Source: Octopus bimaculoides
Lineage: Eukaryota
Length of the DNA stretch: 43,292 nucleotides
Direction of reading: 5' to 3'
NCBI RefSeq assembly: GCF_001194135.2
Contig: NC_068992.1
Location: 25,298,081-25,341,372 of the forward strand
Positions 13,088 through 24,726 of this stretch are shown here, one piece after another. Position 1 is the stretch's first letter. Each line of letters starts with the position of its first letter. A program made the translations under genes and the position numbers. The notes under the pieces are model-generated. The model searched no databases. It worked only from the letters and a program-made list of their open reading frames with translations, and was not told the DNA's origin.

Positions 13088-13271
13088 ATATAGTTCTATA
13101 TTTCAGAGATGAGGAATTATGTACATTATTTACATTATTTAAATTTGACGGACATTTGTCCTCATCTTGCTTGTTGTTAACACAACGTTTCGGCTGATAT
13201 ACCCTCCAACCTTCATCAGGTGTCGTGAGGAAATTTTGAACCTGGGTTCTCACTCCTAAGGCATTTTTCGA

Positions 13272-13318
<47 letters not shown>

Positions 13319-13387
13319 TCACTGCCTGGAATTGAACTCGGAATTTTGGGGTTAGTAACTCGAGCTCTTAACCTCTACGCCATATGC
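13088..13387 (-). mobile_element. Family A element: tRNA-like head + (AAT)n + HHR-containing tail
   Basis: Minus-strand head has A-box-like TGGCGTAGAGG and B-box GAGTTCAATTCC (13315-13387), then (AAT)n at 13273-13314. The tail matches 1198-1346. Confidence 0.8.
13179..13224 (-). ncRNA. Minimal type I hammerhead ribozyme (family A, copy A2, intact)
   Basis: Minus strand reads GACAC CTGATGA A GGTTG-GAGGGTATAT-CAGCC GAA ACGT T GTGTT. Stem I is GACAC/GTGTT and stem III is a loopless palindromic ACGU, as described for Penelope-associated minimal HHRs. Confidence 0.75.
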
Positions 13388-13393
13388 ACGTGG

Positions 13394-13518
13394 GCATATG
13401 GCGAAGAGGTTAAGACACCTGATGAAGGCTGGAGGGTAGATCAGCCGAAACGTTGAGTTAACAACAAACAAGATGAGGACAAACATCCCTCAAATGTGAA
13501 TAATGTAAATAATGTACA
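13394..13518 (+). mobile_element. Family A internally deleted inverted copy A3 with HHR at 13414-13459
   Basis: The first 22 nt of the head are fused at AAGA to CACCTGATGAAGGCTG..CAGCCGAAACGTTGAGTT, and the tail matches A1 and A2. Confidence 0.75.
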
Positions 13519-13567
13519 GTAGATTATAGCCACATCAGTATTTAGCTGTTACATCGACCCTGATATA

Positions 13568-13784
13568 TTGGTTTCAGATTTTGCTACAAGGACAGCCATT
13601 TTGGGTGAGCGGAAGAGTCGATTACATCAACTCCAGTGTTTCACTGGTTCTTAGTTTATCGACCCCGAAAGGGTGAAAGGAAAAGTCGACCTCGGTGGAA
13701 CTTGAACTCAGAACGTAGCGACGGGCGAAATACTGCTAAGCATTTCATCCGGCCTGAAAACGATTCTGCTAACTCCCTACCTTA
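13568..13784 (-). mobile_element. S2-type SINE
   Basis: TTTATCGACCCCGAAAGGGTGAAAGGAAAAGTCGACCTCGG core. Confidence 0.8.
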
Positions 13785-14972
13785 ATCGACCTTGAGATAA
13801 TAAAAAGCAAATTTGATGGCGGCGAATTTAAAATGCGAAAATAAAGACTGAATAACATAATTGTTATTTTATCATGGGCCCAATGCAACACGTAAAGCGG
13901 CGATCTAATAGAAACCCTACGATCGTGAGCCCAATATTGTAACCATTAAACCAGGCGCCTTCAGTTACAGTATATCAGTGATCTCTGTAGCGACCACATG
14001 TTGTTTCTAATCACTTCCATGCTTGGAACACTTCTATATTACCCTACTCATGCTTCAACAAACAGGAGCGAAATATCACTGGTAATATCTCTGACCGACA
14101 CCCCTATGTTGCGTTGAGCCATGAACTGTGGTACAATTATATTGGTGGGTGTCGATGTCACCATTTCAGCCCGCCGATTTGTGTGGCCTTTGAACCTTGT
14201 GAATCAGTCAGAGAGCAGCACACTTCTTTTCTTTGTGCTGTCACAAAGTAGCTGGTACTTGTAATTCGTTATACGCAGTCACGCACAAAAGAAGCTTTCT
14301 TCTTTCTTTATGGCAAATGTACGTCATTTTGTTTTTTCCCCCTGATAATTCTAAGAAAGTATTTGAGTGAAGTAAGTGATATTTCCATGACATAAGCGTA
14401 TACTGATACCAGGAACCCATTAAAATGTAAAATATCCGTCACGGAAGCGATGTGAGGGAATAGAAATGATGTGTGTTGTCTTTATTTCTCTTATTGTTGA
14501 GTGACTCTTCAAATAAACACATATTTTTAATTAGAAACAAACACTATTATATCATTTTTATTTTTAAACGTTGATATTTTCTTTTTCGTTCAATGGTTTG
14601 TTTGTTGTCTATGTAAATGATTTTGTCTGTTGTGTAGGCGTGTCTGCTCGACATTTATTGAATGTCGGCTGGATAAGTAAATATCTGCAAAATGTCTTCC
14701 NNNNNNNNNNNNNNNNNNNNNNNNNNNNNNNNNNNNNNNTTCCCCCCCCCCCCAAACGACAGAAAAAAAACAAAGAAACAAGCCATGAAAGTTCACGACA
14801 TACTTTGTAACAATTCTGCGCAAAGCAACACAAACAATTATATAATTTTTGCGAAACTCAACGAAATACAATCCACGAAACCGAGCGCCATTTCTCTTGA
14901 AGTGGTAAGAAATAGCAACAGTAAGATGCAACTAGGAAAACAGCAAACCACCTCCATTACCACCACCAGGCA

Positions 14973-14998
14973 TAGTAGTAGTAGCAGTAGTAGTAGTA

Positions 14999-15055
<57 letters not shown>

Positions 15056-15312
15056 ATTCCATAATGATAATAGTAATAATAATAAATGCCCCGATGCAGT
15101 ACTGGCGGCGGCGGCGGTGTCGATGGTGGTGGTGGTGGTGATGGTGGTGGCGGTGGTGGTGGTGGTGGTGGTTGATTTTGTTGTTGTTGTTGCCGTGCCC
15201 ATATTCTTATTCTTGACGTCTTTGATATTGTCTCATTCATTGAGACGAATTCAGCTTCATAATTGCAATTAAATTCTCGTGTTGCATTGTCGTTGTTGTT
15301 GTTGTTGTTGCT
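14973..15312. repeat. Trinucleotide microsatellite cluster (TAG)n, (GGT)n, (GTT)n
   Basis: Directly visible. Confidence 0.95.
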
Positions 15313-15343
15313 GAAGCTGTTTGTTGTCATAGTGATAGTATGG

Positions 15344-15745
15344 AAGGCGGCGAGCTGGCAGAAACGTTAGCACGCCGGGCGAAATGCTTAGCGGTATTTC
15401 GTCTGCCACTTCGTTCTGAGTTCAAATTCCGCCGAGGTCGACTTTGCCTTTCATCCTTTCGGGGTCGATAAATTAAGTACCAGTTACGCACTGGGGTCGA
15501 TGTAATCGACTTAATCCGTTCGTCTGTCCTTGTTTGTTCCCTCTATGTTTAGCCCCTTGTGGGCAATAACGAAATAAGTATTTCATCTGCCTTCATGTGT
15601 TCTGAGTTCAAATTCCGCCGAGGTCGACTTTACCTTTCATACTTCCGTCGGTTGATAAATTAAGTACCAGTTGCGTACTGGGATCAATCTAATCGACTGA
15701 CCCCCTCCCCCAAAATTTCGGGCCTTGTGCCTAGAATAGAAAAGC
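15344..15745 (+). mobile_element. SINE family S2 dimer
   Basis: Same two-monomer layout as 9696, with a short deletion at the junction. Confidence 0.85.
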
Positions 15746-16094
15746 ATAGTGGTAGTTTGGTCCATTGTACTTTGATCTTGCAGAGTGCTCACCACTCCTT
15801 CTATTTGAGGGTAGAAGGCAGAAAACTGAAATTTGTGTTGCAGCTCACTATGAAAGGTACCGCTTGCGTCCCCTTCCTTGACTGAGTGGTAAACGCTATA
15901 TTTGTTTATGAAATTATTCTTTACGACACAAAATCCAAATTTCTGTTTCGAAATTCATCCGCCAAACGGGCACAAACAACTAATAACACGGGACCTATGC
16001 AAGCGCTTTGCAAAACATTACCAATTAATCAATTGACAAAAAGCTTACGAGCGAAAAGGTATGTATTCAGTTGCTGCTGCTGCTACTACAGGTT

Positions 16095-16140
<46 letters not shown>

Positions 16141-18108
16141 AACACCAAATTAATAACAACAACAATAATAATAATAATAATAATAATAATAATCATTATA
16201 TTCNNNNNNNNNNNNNNNNNNNNNNNNNNNNNNNNNNNNNNNNNNNNNNNNNNNNNNNNNNNNNNNNNNNNNNNNNNNNNNNNNNNNNNNNNNNNNNNNN
16301 NNNNNNNNNNNNNNNNNNNNNNNNNNNNNNNNNNNNNNNNNNNNNNNNNNNNNNNNNNNNNNNNNNNNNNNNNNNNNNNNNNNNNNNNNNNNNNNNNNNN
16401 NNNNNNNNNNNNNNNNNNNNNNNNNNNNNNNNNNNNNNNNNNNNNNNNNNNNNNNNNNNNNNNNNNNNNNNNNNNNNNNNNNNNNNNNNNNNNNNNNNNN
16501 NNNNNNNNNNNNNNNNNNNNNNNNNNNNNNNNNNNNNNNNNNNNNNNNNNNNNNNNNNNNNNNNNNNNNNNNNNNNNNNNNNNNNNNNNNNNNNNNNNNN
16601 NNNNNNNNNNNNNNNNNNNNNNNNNNNNNNNNNNNNNNNNNNNNNNNNNNNNNNNNNNNNNNNNNNNNNNNNNNNNNNNNNNNNNNNNNNNNNNNNNNNN
16701 NNNNNNNNNNNNNNNNNNNNNNNNNNNNNNNNNNNNNNNNNNNNNNNNNNNNNNNNNNNNNNNNNNNNNNNNNNNNNNNNNNNNNNNNNNNNNNNNNNNN
16801 NNNNNNNNNNNNNNNNNNNNNNNNNNNNNNNNNNNNNNNNNNNNNNNNNNNNNNNNNNNNNNNNNNNNNNNNNNNNNNNNNNNNNNNNNNNNNNNNNNNN
16901 NNNNNNNNNNNNNNNNNNNNNNNNNNNNNNNNNNNNNNNNNNNNNNNNNNNNNNNNNNNNNNNNNNNNNNNNNNNNNNNNNNNNNNNNNNNNNNNNNNNN
17001 NNNNNNNNNNNNNNNNNNNNNNNNNNNNNNNNNNNNNNNNNNNNNNNNNNNNNNNNNNNNNNNNNNNNNNNNNNNNNNNNNNNNNNNNNNNNNNNNNNTG
17101 TGTGAGTGTGTGTGTGGGTGTGTGTATGTGTGTGTGCGTGCGTGTGGATGTATATGTAGGCTCCATTGCTGTAATGTGGAGCTAGTTGATTTCTTCTTGT
17201 GAAATCCTAGCTTATCCAGATTCTCACTTACGCAATTCAATGTATATATGTATGTATGCACGTATGTATGCACGTATGTATGTATACGTGCTGATGTGTA
17301 TGTTTTGTTTCATATATGTATCCTCGTGCATATACTTTACATGTCTAGACATGCTCATATATCCTTAAGTGATAAACTTGTGGAAAGTTTCACAGATTTT
17401 TACAGTTCCAGTGATGGATGGATCTGTATTCTTTGAATCAGCTGTCAGTTTTCTGGCTTTGAGAAGACTAATCTGTCAAGATTGGTATTTAGGTAGTGTG
17501 TTACATATCCCAGCACCGCAATAATTACAGGTATAAACTTGAACTTGTACTCTGTATGTAGTGTGTAACATGTATACTGCATGTATGTATGTATGTTTGT
17601 ATGTATGTATGTATGTATGTATGTATGTACGTATGGGTATCCGTTATTAGATTAGGACCGTACTGGTGCCCTATTTCCAGCGCTTTAATAAATAATATCT
17701 ACCCGAATAATTAATAGGATACATATTTTCTGTATCCCTAATTATGGAATATTTGTGTACAACTTGAATTTTCTTTCTTTTCGTATTTAATTTTCCTACG
17801 AATTTGAATTTATGCCGATTTTAAACAGTATACACACACATACACATATAGACACGTATAGATACACATATGCACATATATATGAATATATATATGCACA
17901 TATATATATGAATGCACATATATATGAATGAATACACACACACACACACACAAACATGCAGACATATGTACGGAGTGTTCCAACACAATTTCTCTCAAAT
18001 ATATTTCTGTTGCAACGAATGTCTTTGTCAACTTATGTGTGTGGGTGTGATTGTGTGAGTTAGTGAGTGAATGAGTGAGTGAACGAGTAAGTGGGAGGGC
18101 GTGCGTGT

Positions 18109-18139
<31 letters not shown>

Positions 18140-19296
18140 AGGTGTATGTGCGCGTGTTCAGATAAATGTATATAGATAAATGATTTCTCGTTTTGTCTGT
18201 CTAGTTTAAAAAAACTAAAATAACAAACGAAATAAAACTGCCTAACTTTCTTTTTGCTTTGTTATGTTTCGAAGCATGTTACGTGCTAAAACTGGCTTCT
18301 TCTTCTTCTTATCGAGACAACAACAGCTATTTGCAACAATTCCAGTGAATGAATGCTGTAATATAATATGTAATAGAGTAAGAGGAGTCTGGAATTTGTT
18401 ACGAGAATGTAGGCATTCTGTTAATGCATCTTTATCTCTTTGTCATTTCTACATCCATGCGTTACTACGTCCTTATACTTGTACGTGCTGTCAGTCGGAA
18501 TGAGCTTGTAAAGATTGTGGTTATTATACATCACTACCGTCTCATCCGTTACTCTCTCTGTTTCTACAAATTTTTCAAAAATTACGCTCAGAAGCACAAT
18601 CTGATACGAGCCAACCATGAAGTGAACTGCGACGTACTAGAGCTGCAGCTACGAGCCGCCAAATCGCTCTCATTTTACATTCTGCTACCGTCTTAAAAAC
18701 TAAGGACGCATAAGAAAATAAAGTCCTTGTTAAAATGTATTCTAAAACCATGACATAATGATCCAGACCGAAATGATTTCGATAGTCATTCTGCAAGGTG
18801 AGAACAAATTCTGCGTTTAAAAAAATAATCTCTTACATAAATTACGCTCGCTGATGAAAATGATATGAAAACTTAAAAGACGTGAAATAATTCGTTTTTA
18901 ACTGTGAGACTCGAAGTTGATAAGGCTATAAATAATAGTGTGTAAAAGTTTAGTTAAGCCCCATCCAATAGTCAAACTCGGAGACTTCAAATTTTGCTTC
19001 TTACACACTATGATTTATAACAACCAATGATATTGAACGAGTTCAAGATGGAACGTCTTCCGGAGCATTCAATTTGTAGTAGAAGTTCCTTAAAACAGGC
19101 TCTACAGCCTTTTTGATAGGTCAATGAAAAACGTAGTTGGTCATAAGTCAAAGGTTCTTTCAGTAACTGGCTGACCTATAAATAGGGCAGCAACTACAAG
19201 AGTGAGATATTTAAAGTATTACTATTTCATATAAACAATTTCAGAAATTCTTCCCACATTCTATAGAAAAATAATTGCACATAGTTGTCGTTTCAG

Positions 19297-19374
19297 AAAT
19301 CTTACGGAAGATGAGACGATAACAATGCTATCCAGCATTGATTTAAGTTACACTGCGTTGTTCGCAATGACGAA
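19297..19374 (+). CDS. Candidate internal coding exon of an unidentified gene
   Basis: GTCGTTTCAG|...|GTGAGT; only one frame open (NLTEDETITMLSSIDLSYTALFAMT); phase 2-2. Confidence 0.3.
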
Positions 19375-19511
19375 GTGAGTTCCCTTGCCAGGATTAGAAG
19401 AATGGTAATGAAGGTACGTACTTCTCTGTAACTGAACCAAGTCCAGGAATTTCAAAGCGGATTAAGTAATGCTAACCTTAAAAGCCTTCATAGGACTCCA
19501 CTCTACTTGTA

Positions 19512-19897
19512 GTTGTTGTTGGCACTCCGTCGCTTACGACGACGAGGGTTCCAGTTGATCCGATCAACAGAACAGCCTGCTCGTGAAATTAACGTGCAAG
19601 TGGCTGAGCACTCCACAGACACGTGTACCCTTAACGTAGTTCTCGGGGATATTCAGCGTGATACAGTGTGACAAGGCTGACCCTTTGAATTACAGGCACA
19701 AAAGAAACAGGAAGTAAGACTGAGAGAAAGTTGTGGTGGAAGTGTACAGCAGGGTTCGCCATCATCCCCTCCCGGAGCCTTGTGGAGCTTTAGGCGTTTT
19801 TGCTCAATAAACACTCACAACGCCCGGTCTGGGAATCGAAACCGCGATCCTATTACCGCGAGTCTGCTGCCCTAACCACTGGGCCATTGCGCCTCCA
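19512..19897 (-). mobile_element. SINE family S1, full length
   Basis: Reverse complement of the 11639 and 36884 copies, with an (AAC)n tail. Confidence 0.9.
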
Positions 19898-19972
19898 GTC
19901 TACACAGATAACCGTTGAGTCTTTGCCGAGTTCAGCAGCCCTTGTAAGCACTTATCGTTTTTGTCCTGTTAG

Positions 19973-20560
19973 GTCCAGGTGTGTTTGTATGGTAGGAATT
20001 TTGCTTCCGAAACACATGGTTCCAGGTTTAGCCCCGCTGCGTGGCGCCTTGGTTAAGAGTCTTCAAATACAGTTTCGGGTCTTGTGAATAGATTTGGTAG
20101 TATGAAACTGAAAAAAGCCCATCATATTTGTGTGTCTGTGTGTGTGTTTGTGTGTGTGTTTGTGTGTGTGTTTGTGTGCGTCTGTGTGTATGTGTGTTCG
20201 TGTGTGTCTGTATGTTTGTGTGTCTGTTTGTGTATGTTTGTGTGTATCTGTGTGTGTTCATGTGTGCCTGTGTGTGTTTGTGTGTGTTTGTATGTGAGTG
20301 TGTGTATTTGTGTGTGTCTGTGTTTGTGTGTGTGTCTGTATTTGTGCGTGTGTTTGCGTGTTCGTAAGTGTGTCTTTGTATTTCTTCCTCACCAACGCTT
20401 GACAACCGGTGTTTGTTGTGCTTATATCTCCGCAACCTAGCGGTTCGGCGACAAAGACAAACAAAATAAATACGAGGCTTCAAAAATGTAATGAGGTCAT
20501 TCGTTCGGTTAAATTCATACAAGGTGGTGGCCGCAGTGTACTGACTGAAACACGTAAAAA
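19973..20560 (+). mobile_element. Diverged SINE family S3 with expanded internal (TG)n tract
   Basis: GATTTGGTAG..GAAACTGAAAAAAGCCC, then a ~240-bp TG-rich tract, then CTTGACAACCGGTGT..CCTAGCGGTTCGGC. Confidence 0.7.
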
Positions 20561-20727
20561 GATTAAATTTGTTTTTTAAAAAGCGTATCCGTCTACCTCT
20601 ACACACCAAATTATGACTTTCAAGTAGTGTTACCGGTTCAGTGGTTTCTAGCCGACCATAAAACTGTAATAGTTTAAATAATGACCAGTAGCAGGTCAAA
20701 TGTGATGTAACATGACACACGCACAGT

Positions 20728-21153
20728 ATTCTTTTCTACTCTAAGCACAAGACTCTAAATGTTTGGGGAGAGGGGGTCAGTCAATTATATCGACCTCAGT
20801 ATGCAACTGGTACTTAATTTATCGACCCCGGAAGGTTGAAAGGCAAAATCGACTTCGGCAGAATTTGGGCTCAGAACGTACAGACAGACGAAATACCGTT
20901 AAGCATTTCGCCCGGCGTGCTAACGTTTCTTATTTCTTTATTGCCCACAAGGTGCTAAACATAGAGGGGACAAACAAGGAGATTAAGTCGATTAGATTGA
21001 CCCCAGTGCGTAACTGGTACTCAATTTATCGACCCCGAAAGGCTGAAAGGCAAAGTCGACCTCGGCGGAATTTGAACTCAGAACGTAACGGCAGACGAAA
21101 TACCGCTTAGCATTTCGCCCTGCGTGCTAACGTTTCTGCCAGCTCGCCGCCTT
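20728..21153 (-). mobile_element. SINE family S2 dimer
   Basis: Reverse complement of the 9696 and 15344 dimers. Confidence 0.85.
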
Positions 21154-22885
21154 GACACACGCACCGTATTGAGATTAAACACAATAAGACCAACACAGAG
21201 GCCGTCTNNNNNNNNNNNNNNNNNNNNNNNNNNNNNNNNNNTGAATGGAGTGTTCCAGCTATGACTTTCCCGCGTTTTTTTTTTTTTTTCATACAACACT
21301 CTCCTATGTGGACTCATTACTCTTTGAAACGGCAGAGTTAAATTTGAGACAGAGTCAGTTGGTATTTCTAGTAGATCGATCGACCATGTAGAAACATTCT
21401 CATTGGACCAAGTTTCAACGTTTGTATGTGTATACTTGGCACTTTACCAAAAATTATGTTGGGAACAGAAGCAGATAAACAAACCGACTGCAGTCATCAG
21501 AAAGATCATTGCTAGTTGGTATAGTAACGTGTAATTAACCAAAACTGCTGTAAATATAGGAGAAAGCTGATATGAAGAAATCATATTGGCAGAAAATAGA
21601 AAACGATAGCACTTCAATCCAATTTCTTCCCTTTCTCTTTCTTTTTCGTGGCTCTTTCTTTTATTCACACTTTCTTGTTTATCTTTCTACTTCTCCCTAT
21701 ATGTATCTCCCTTTCTCTCACCCCTTTCTCTGTTCCTCTGTATGTCACCCTCCGTCTCTTCCTCAGAACTTCTCCCCATTGAAATGTAGCTTTCATTAAT
21801 CTCACTCTGTATTCAATTCGCACTTTCGTACTCTCTTTCTCTCTCACTCTTTCTCTCTCACTCTTTCCCTCGCTTCCTCTTTCAATCTCTCCTCTCATAT
21901 ATCGCCATACGATCAACCATTAATCTCCTTAACTAATTCTCATTTTCATTCCCTTTCTTTCCTTTCCCCTTTCTTACTCTAAACCACACTCTTTCTCTTT
22001 TACAATATCCACCCCTACCTTATATCGGCCTATACTCATGCATTATTCTCATATCCTATCTGATTCTCTCCGCCACTCACTCATTCATTCAATCTCACAG
22101 TACTCCCACTCATCCCCTCCTCTCTCTCAGTTCTCCAGCCATCACCCTATATCTAACTGTCTACTGGCCTTTCTGAATATTTGTCTCCATAGATATCTAA
22201 CTCACCATCTGTATTGCAGCGGATAAATCAACTCACAAATTTGACACACACTCAATCTGTTTCCCTACCTGCCCATCCATCTCTAAACCTACCTACCCAC
22301 CTATATACCTACCTACATACATACCTAACTATATGCGTACATTCGTACAGTCGTACCTAACTGTCAGTTTTATCCACATATCACTTACCATATTATTTAA
22401 GAACGTATATGCTTATGTATGTAATTATTCCTGTATATATTGATTGTATTTCTCTATGTAAATATATATGTGCGTATATGTATCTATGCATTAATACATT
22501 TATGAATATATGCTTACACGGATATATTCATTATATGCCCACGTGAGTATTGATACATATTTGCGCTTATGCATGTATATGTCTTTTTCTCATTCTCTTT
22601 CCCCCATTTCTTTCTTTGTTTATTTGTTTCTTATATATATATATATATATATATGAGTGAGTGTGTGTCTACATATATATGTCTATGTGTGTGTGTGTGT
22701 GTGTGAGCGTATATGTGTGTGCGAGTGTTTGTAGGTGAGTGCTTATGCATAGAGATACATAGAGATAGAGGCCGAGGGGGTTAATAGACAGGTAGCAGAC
22801 AACCATAGAATGAAACTTATACTTAAAGGTATCTAACTATCTACCTATCCATCTATCTATCTCTCTCTCTTTCTCTCTCTCTCTC

Positions 22886-22916
<31 letters not shown>

Positions 22917-23622
22917 CAATACCTACCTACCTACCTAAGTCTATCTTTGTGATCTATACGTTTGTCATATAAATATATCTGTCTTTGCATCGGCGTATGT
23001 ATATGTGTATGTATGTGTACGTGCGAATGTGTCTGCGTAGCCATCCATCTACTTAATTATTTCTCACAGAATCAAATAAGCAATAACTCAAACTGTATAT
23101 CTGTATTATCTTTCCAATTTTCCCTGTCCCTATCAATTACGTGATCTGTAGACTTTCGTATTGGTCAATTGAGACGCGTGGCACCTTACATTTGGTCTAT
23201 TTTCTTCACATTCGCCTATCACAAAGCGAGACATTACCCTACCAGGCATTATCTTGCAGTTAATTAAAGGCATGATAAGGTTGCTGTTAGTGTTGCTGCT
23301 GCAGTTGTCGCCGTCGTCGTCGTTGTTGCTGTTGTTGTTTTTGTTGTTGTTGTTGCAAGGACATATGGAGAAGGCAAATTCAAATGACAATGCTATATGG
23401 TATTTGATGTTGCTGACAATGAATGCTATACTGAGGTAACGTGGTTCCATCAACATGGTCAAACAATCTACTAGAGGTAGCAGCCGTGACAAGACTCCCT
23501 AAAGTCGCACTGTTTCGTGATAAATGAGGAAAAGTGAAACTGAAAATATATCAGTTTCAAAATATGGCGCGAGGCCAGCGAATTTAGTGGAGGGATAAGG
23601 GAATTACATCGCCTTCAATTGT

Positions 23623-23851
23623 CTCTTTTCTTTTACTTGTTTCAGTCATTTGACTGCGGTTTTGCTGGGGCACCGATTTTAGTCGGGCAAACCGACCCCC
23701 AAGACTTATTCTTTGTAATCCTAGTTTTTGTTTTATCTGTTTCTTTTGTCGAACCGCTATGTTATGGGGACGTAAAAACATCAGCATCGGTTTTCAAGCG
23801 ATGTTGGGGTGGGGACAAACACAGACACACAAACACAGACACACACACACA

Positions 23852-23913
<62 letters not shown>

Positions 23914-24062
23914 CCATGAGCTTCTTTCAGTTTTCGTCTACCAAATCCACTCACAAGGCTTTGGTCAACCCGCGGTTATAGTAGAAAACACTTGCCCAAG
24001 TTGCCATGCAGTGGGACTGAACCCGGAACTATGTGGTTAGTAAGCAAGCCACTTACCACACC
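23623..24062 (-). mobile_element. tRNA-derived SINE family S3 with internal (CA)/(TA) microsatellite
   Basis: Reverse-complement tRNA-like head (GGTTCCGGGTTCAGTCCCACTGC-like); homologous to the 1993 and 19973 copies. Confidence 0.85.
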
Positions 24063-24063
24063 T

Positions 24064-24205
24064 GAGTTCAACTCATTTTATCGACCCCGAAAGGATGAAA
24101 GTGAAAGTCGAACCCGGCGGCATTTGAACTCGGAACGTGTATACGGACAAAATGCTGGTAAGCATCTTTCTGGCACGGTAACAATTTTGCTATCTCACTC
24201 CATTG
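24064..24205 (-). mobile_element. S2-type SINE fragment
   Basis: TTTTATCGACCCCGAAAGGATGAAAG core. Confidence 0.7.
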
Positions 24206-24337
24206 TGGAGACTGAAAATATCGCTTTATATATATACGCATTTGCTTGATCAGAAAACGATTAAGACTTGCCTCCTATTTCTAGCATGCTGTGCAACTGC
24301 AATGAAAATTCTTATAAAAAGCACCCTTTACATGTTG

Positions 24338-24553
24338 TGTAGAGGCTCACAATTTATTTGGTGTAGAGGTTTGTTAGCTGGTTTGTGTAGGAGCTTGCCA
24401 TTTGGTTGGTATAGAGACTCGGTATCTGATAAGATTAGTGGTGCGCTATCCGGCTGGTGTAGCTGCACATTAGTTGATTGCTGCAGAGGCTCGCTATTTG
24501 GCTACTTCCGAGGTTCGCTATTTGGCTGGCATAGATGCCAGGTCGTTGGTTTC
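24338..24553. repeat. Degenerate 24-bp tandem repeat, 9 units, no indels
   Basis: Consensus TGTAGAGGCTCGCTATTTGGCTGG. Plus frame reads CRGSLFGW-like and minus frame QPNSEPLH-like octapeptides. Confidence 0.8.
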
Positions 24554-24726
24554 TACTAAGCACTGATTCTCAACCGGAACACACTTACTGACTCAGATGG
24601 CACAAAACTGCCAATACCAGCCCGTTGTTGAAGTATTTTGAGGAATAAATTGGGTATACATCTACAATACACAAAATACTGTAACAATTTGTTTTACATA
24701 ATTCCTAATAAGATTTAATTATGAAA

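Noticed and set aside
13315-13387. Head of family A (and other SINE heads) as functional tRNA genes
   Set aside because: No complete cloverleaf or acceptor stem; embedded in repeats.
18851-18875. CTGATGA..GAAA hammerhead-like spacing; other core-like hits near 2805 (-), 7175 (-) and 21495 (-)
   Set aside because: Stem II does not pair, or GAAA and stem I/III are missing.
18950-19260. Possible decayed mariner transposase segment
   Set aside because: Resemblance to PHPPYSPDL and RW..C motifs is too weak, with several stops and no TIR seen.
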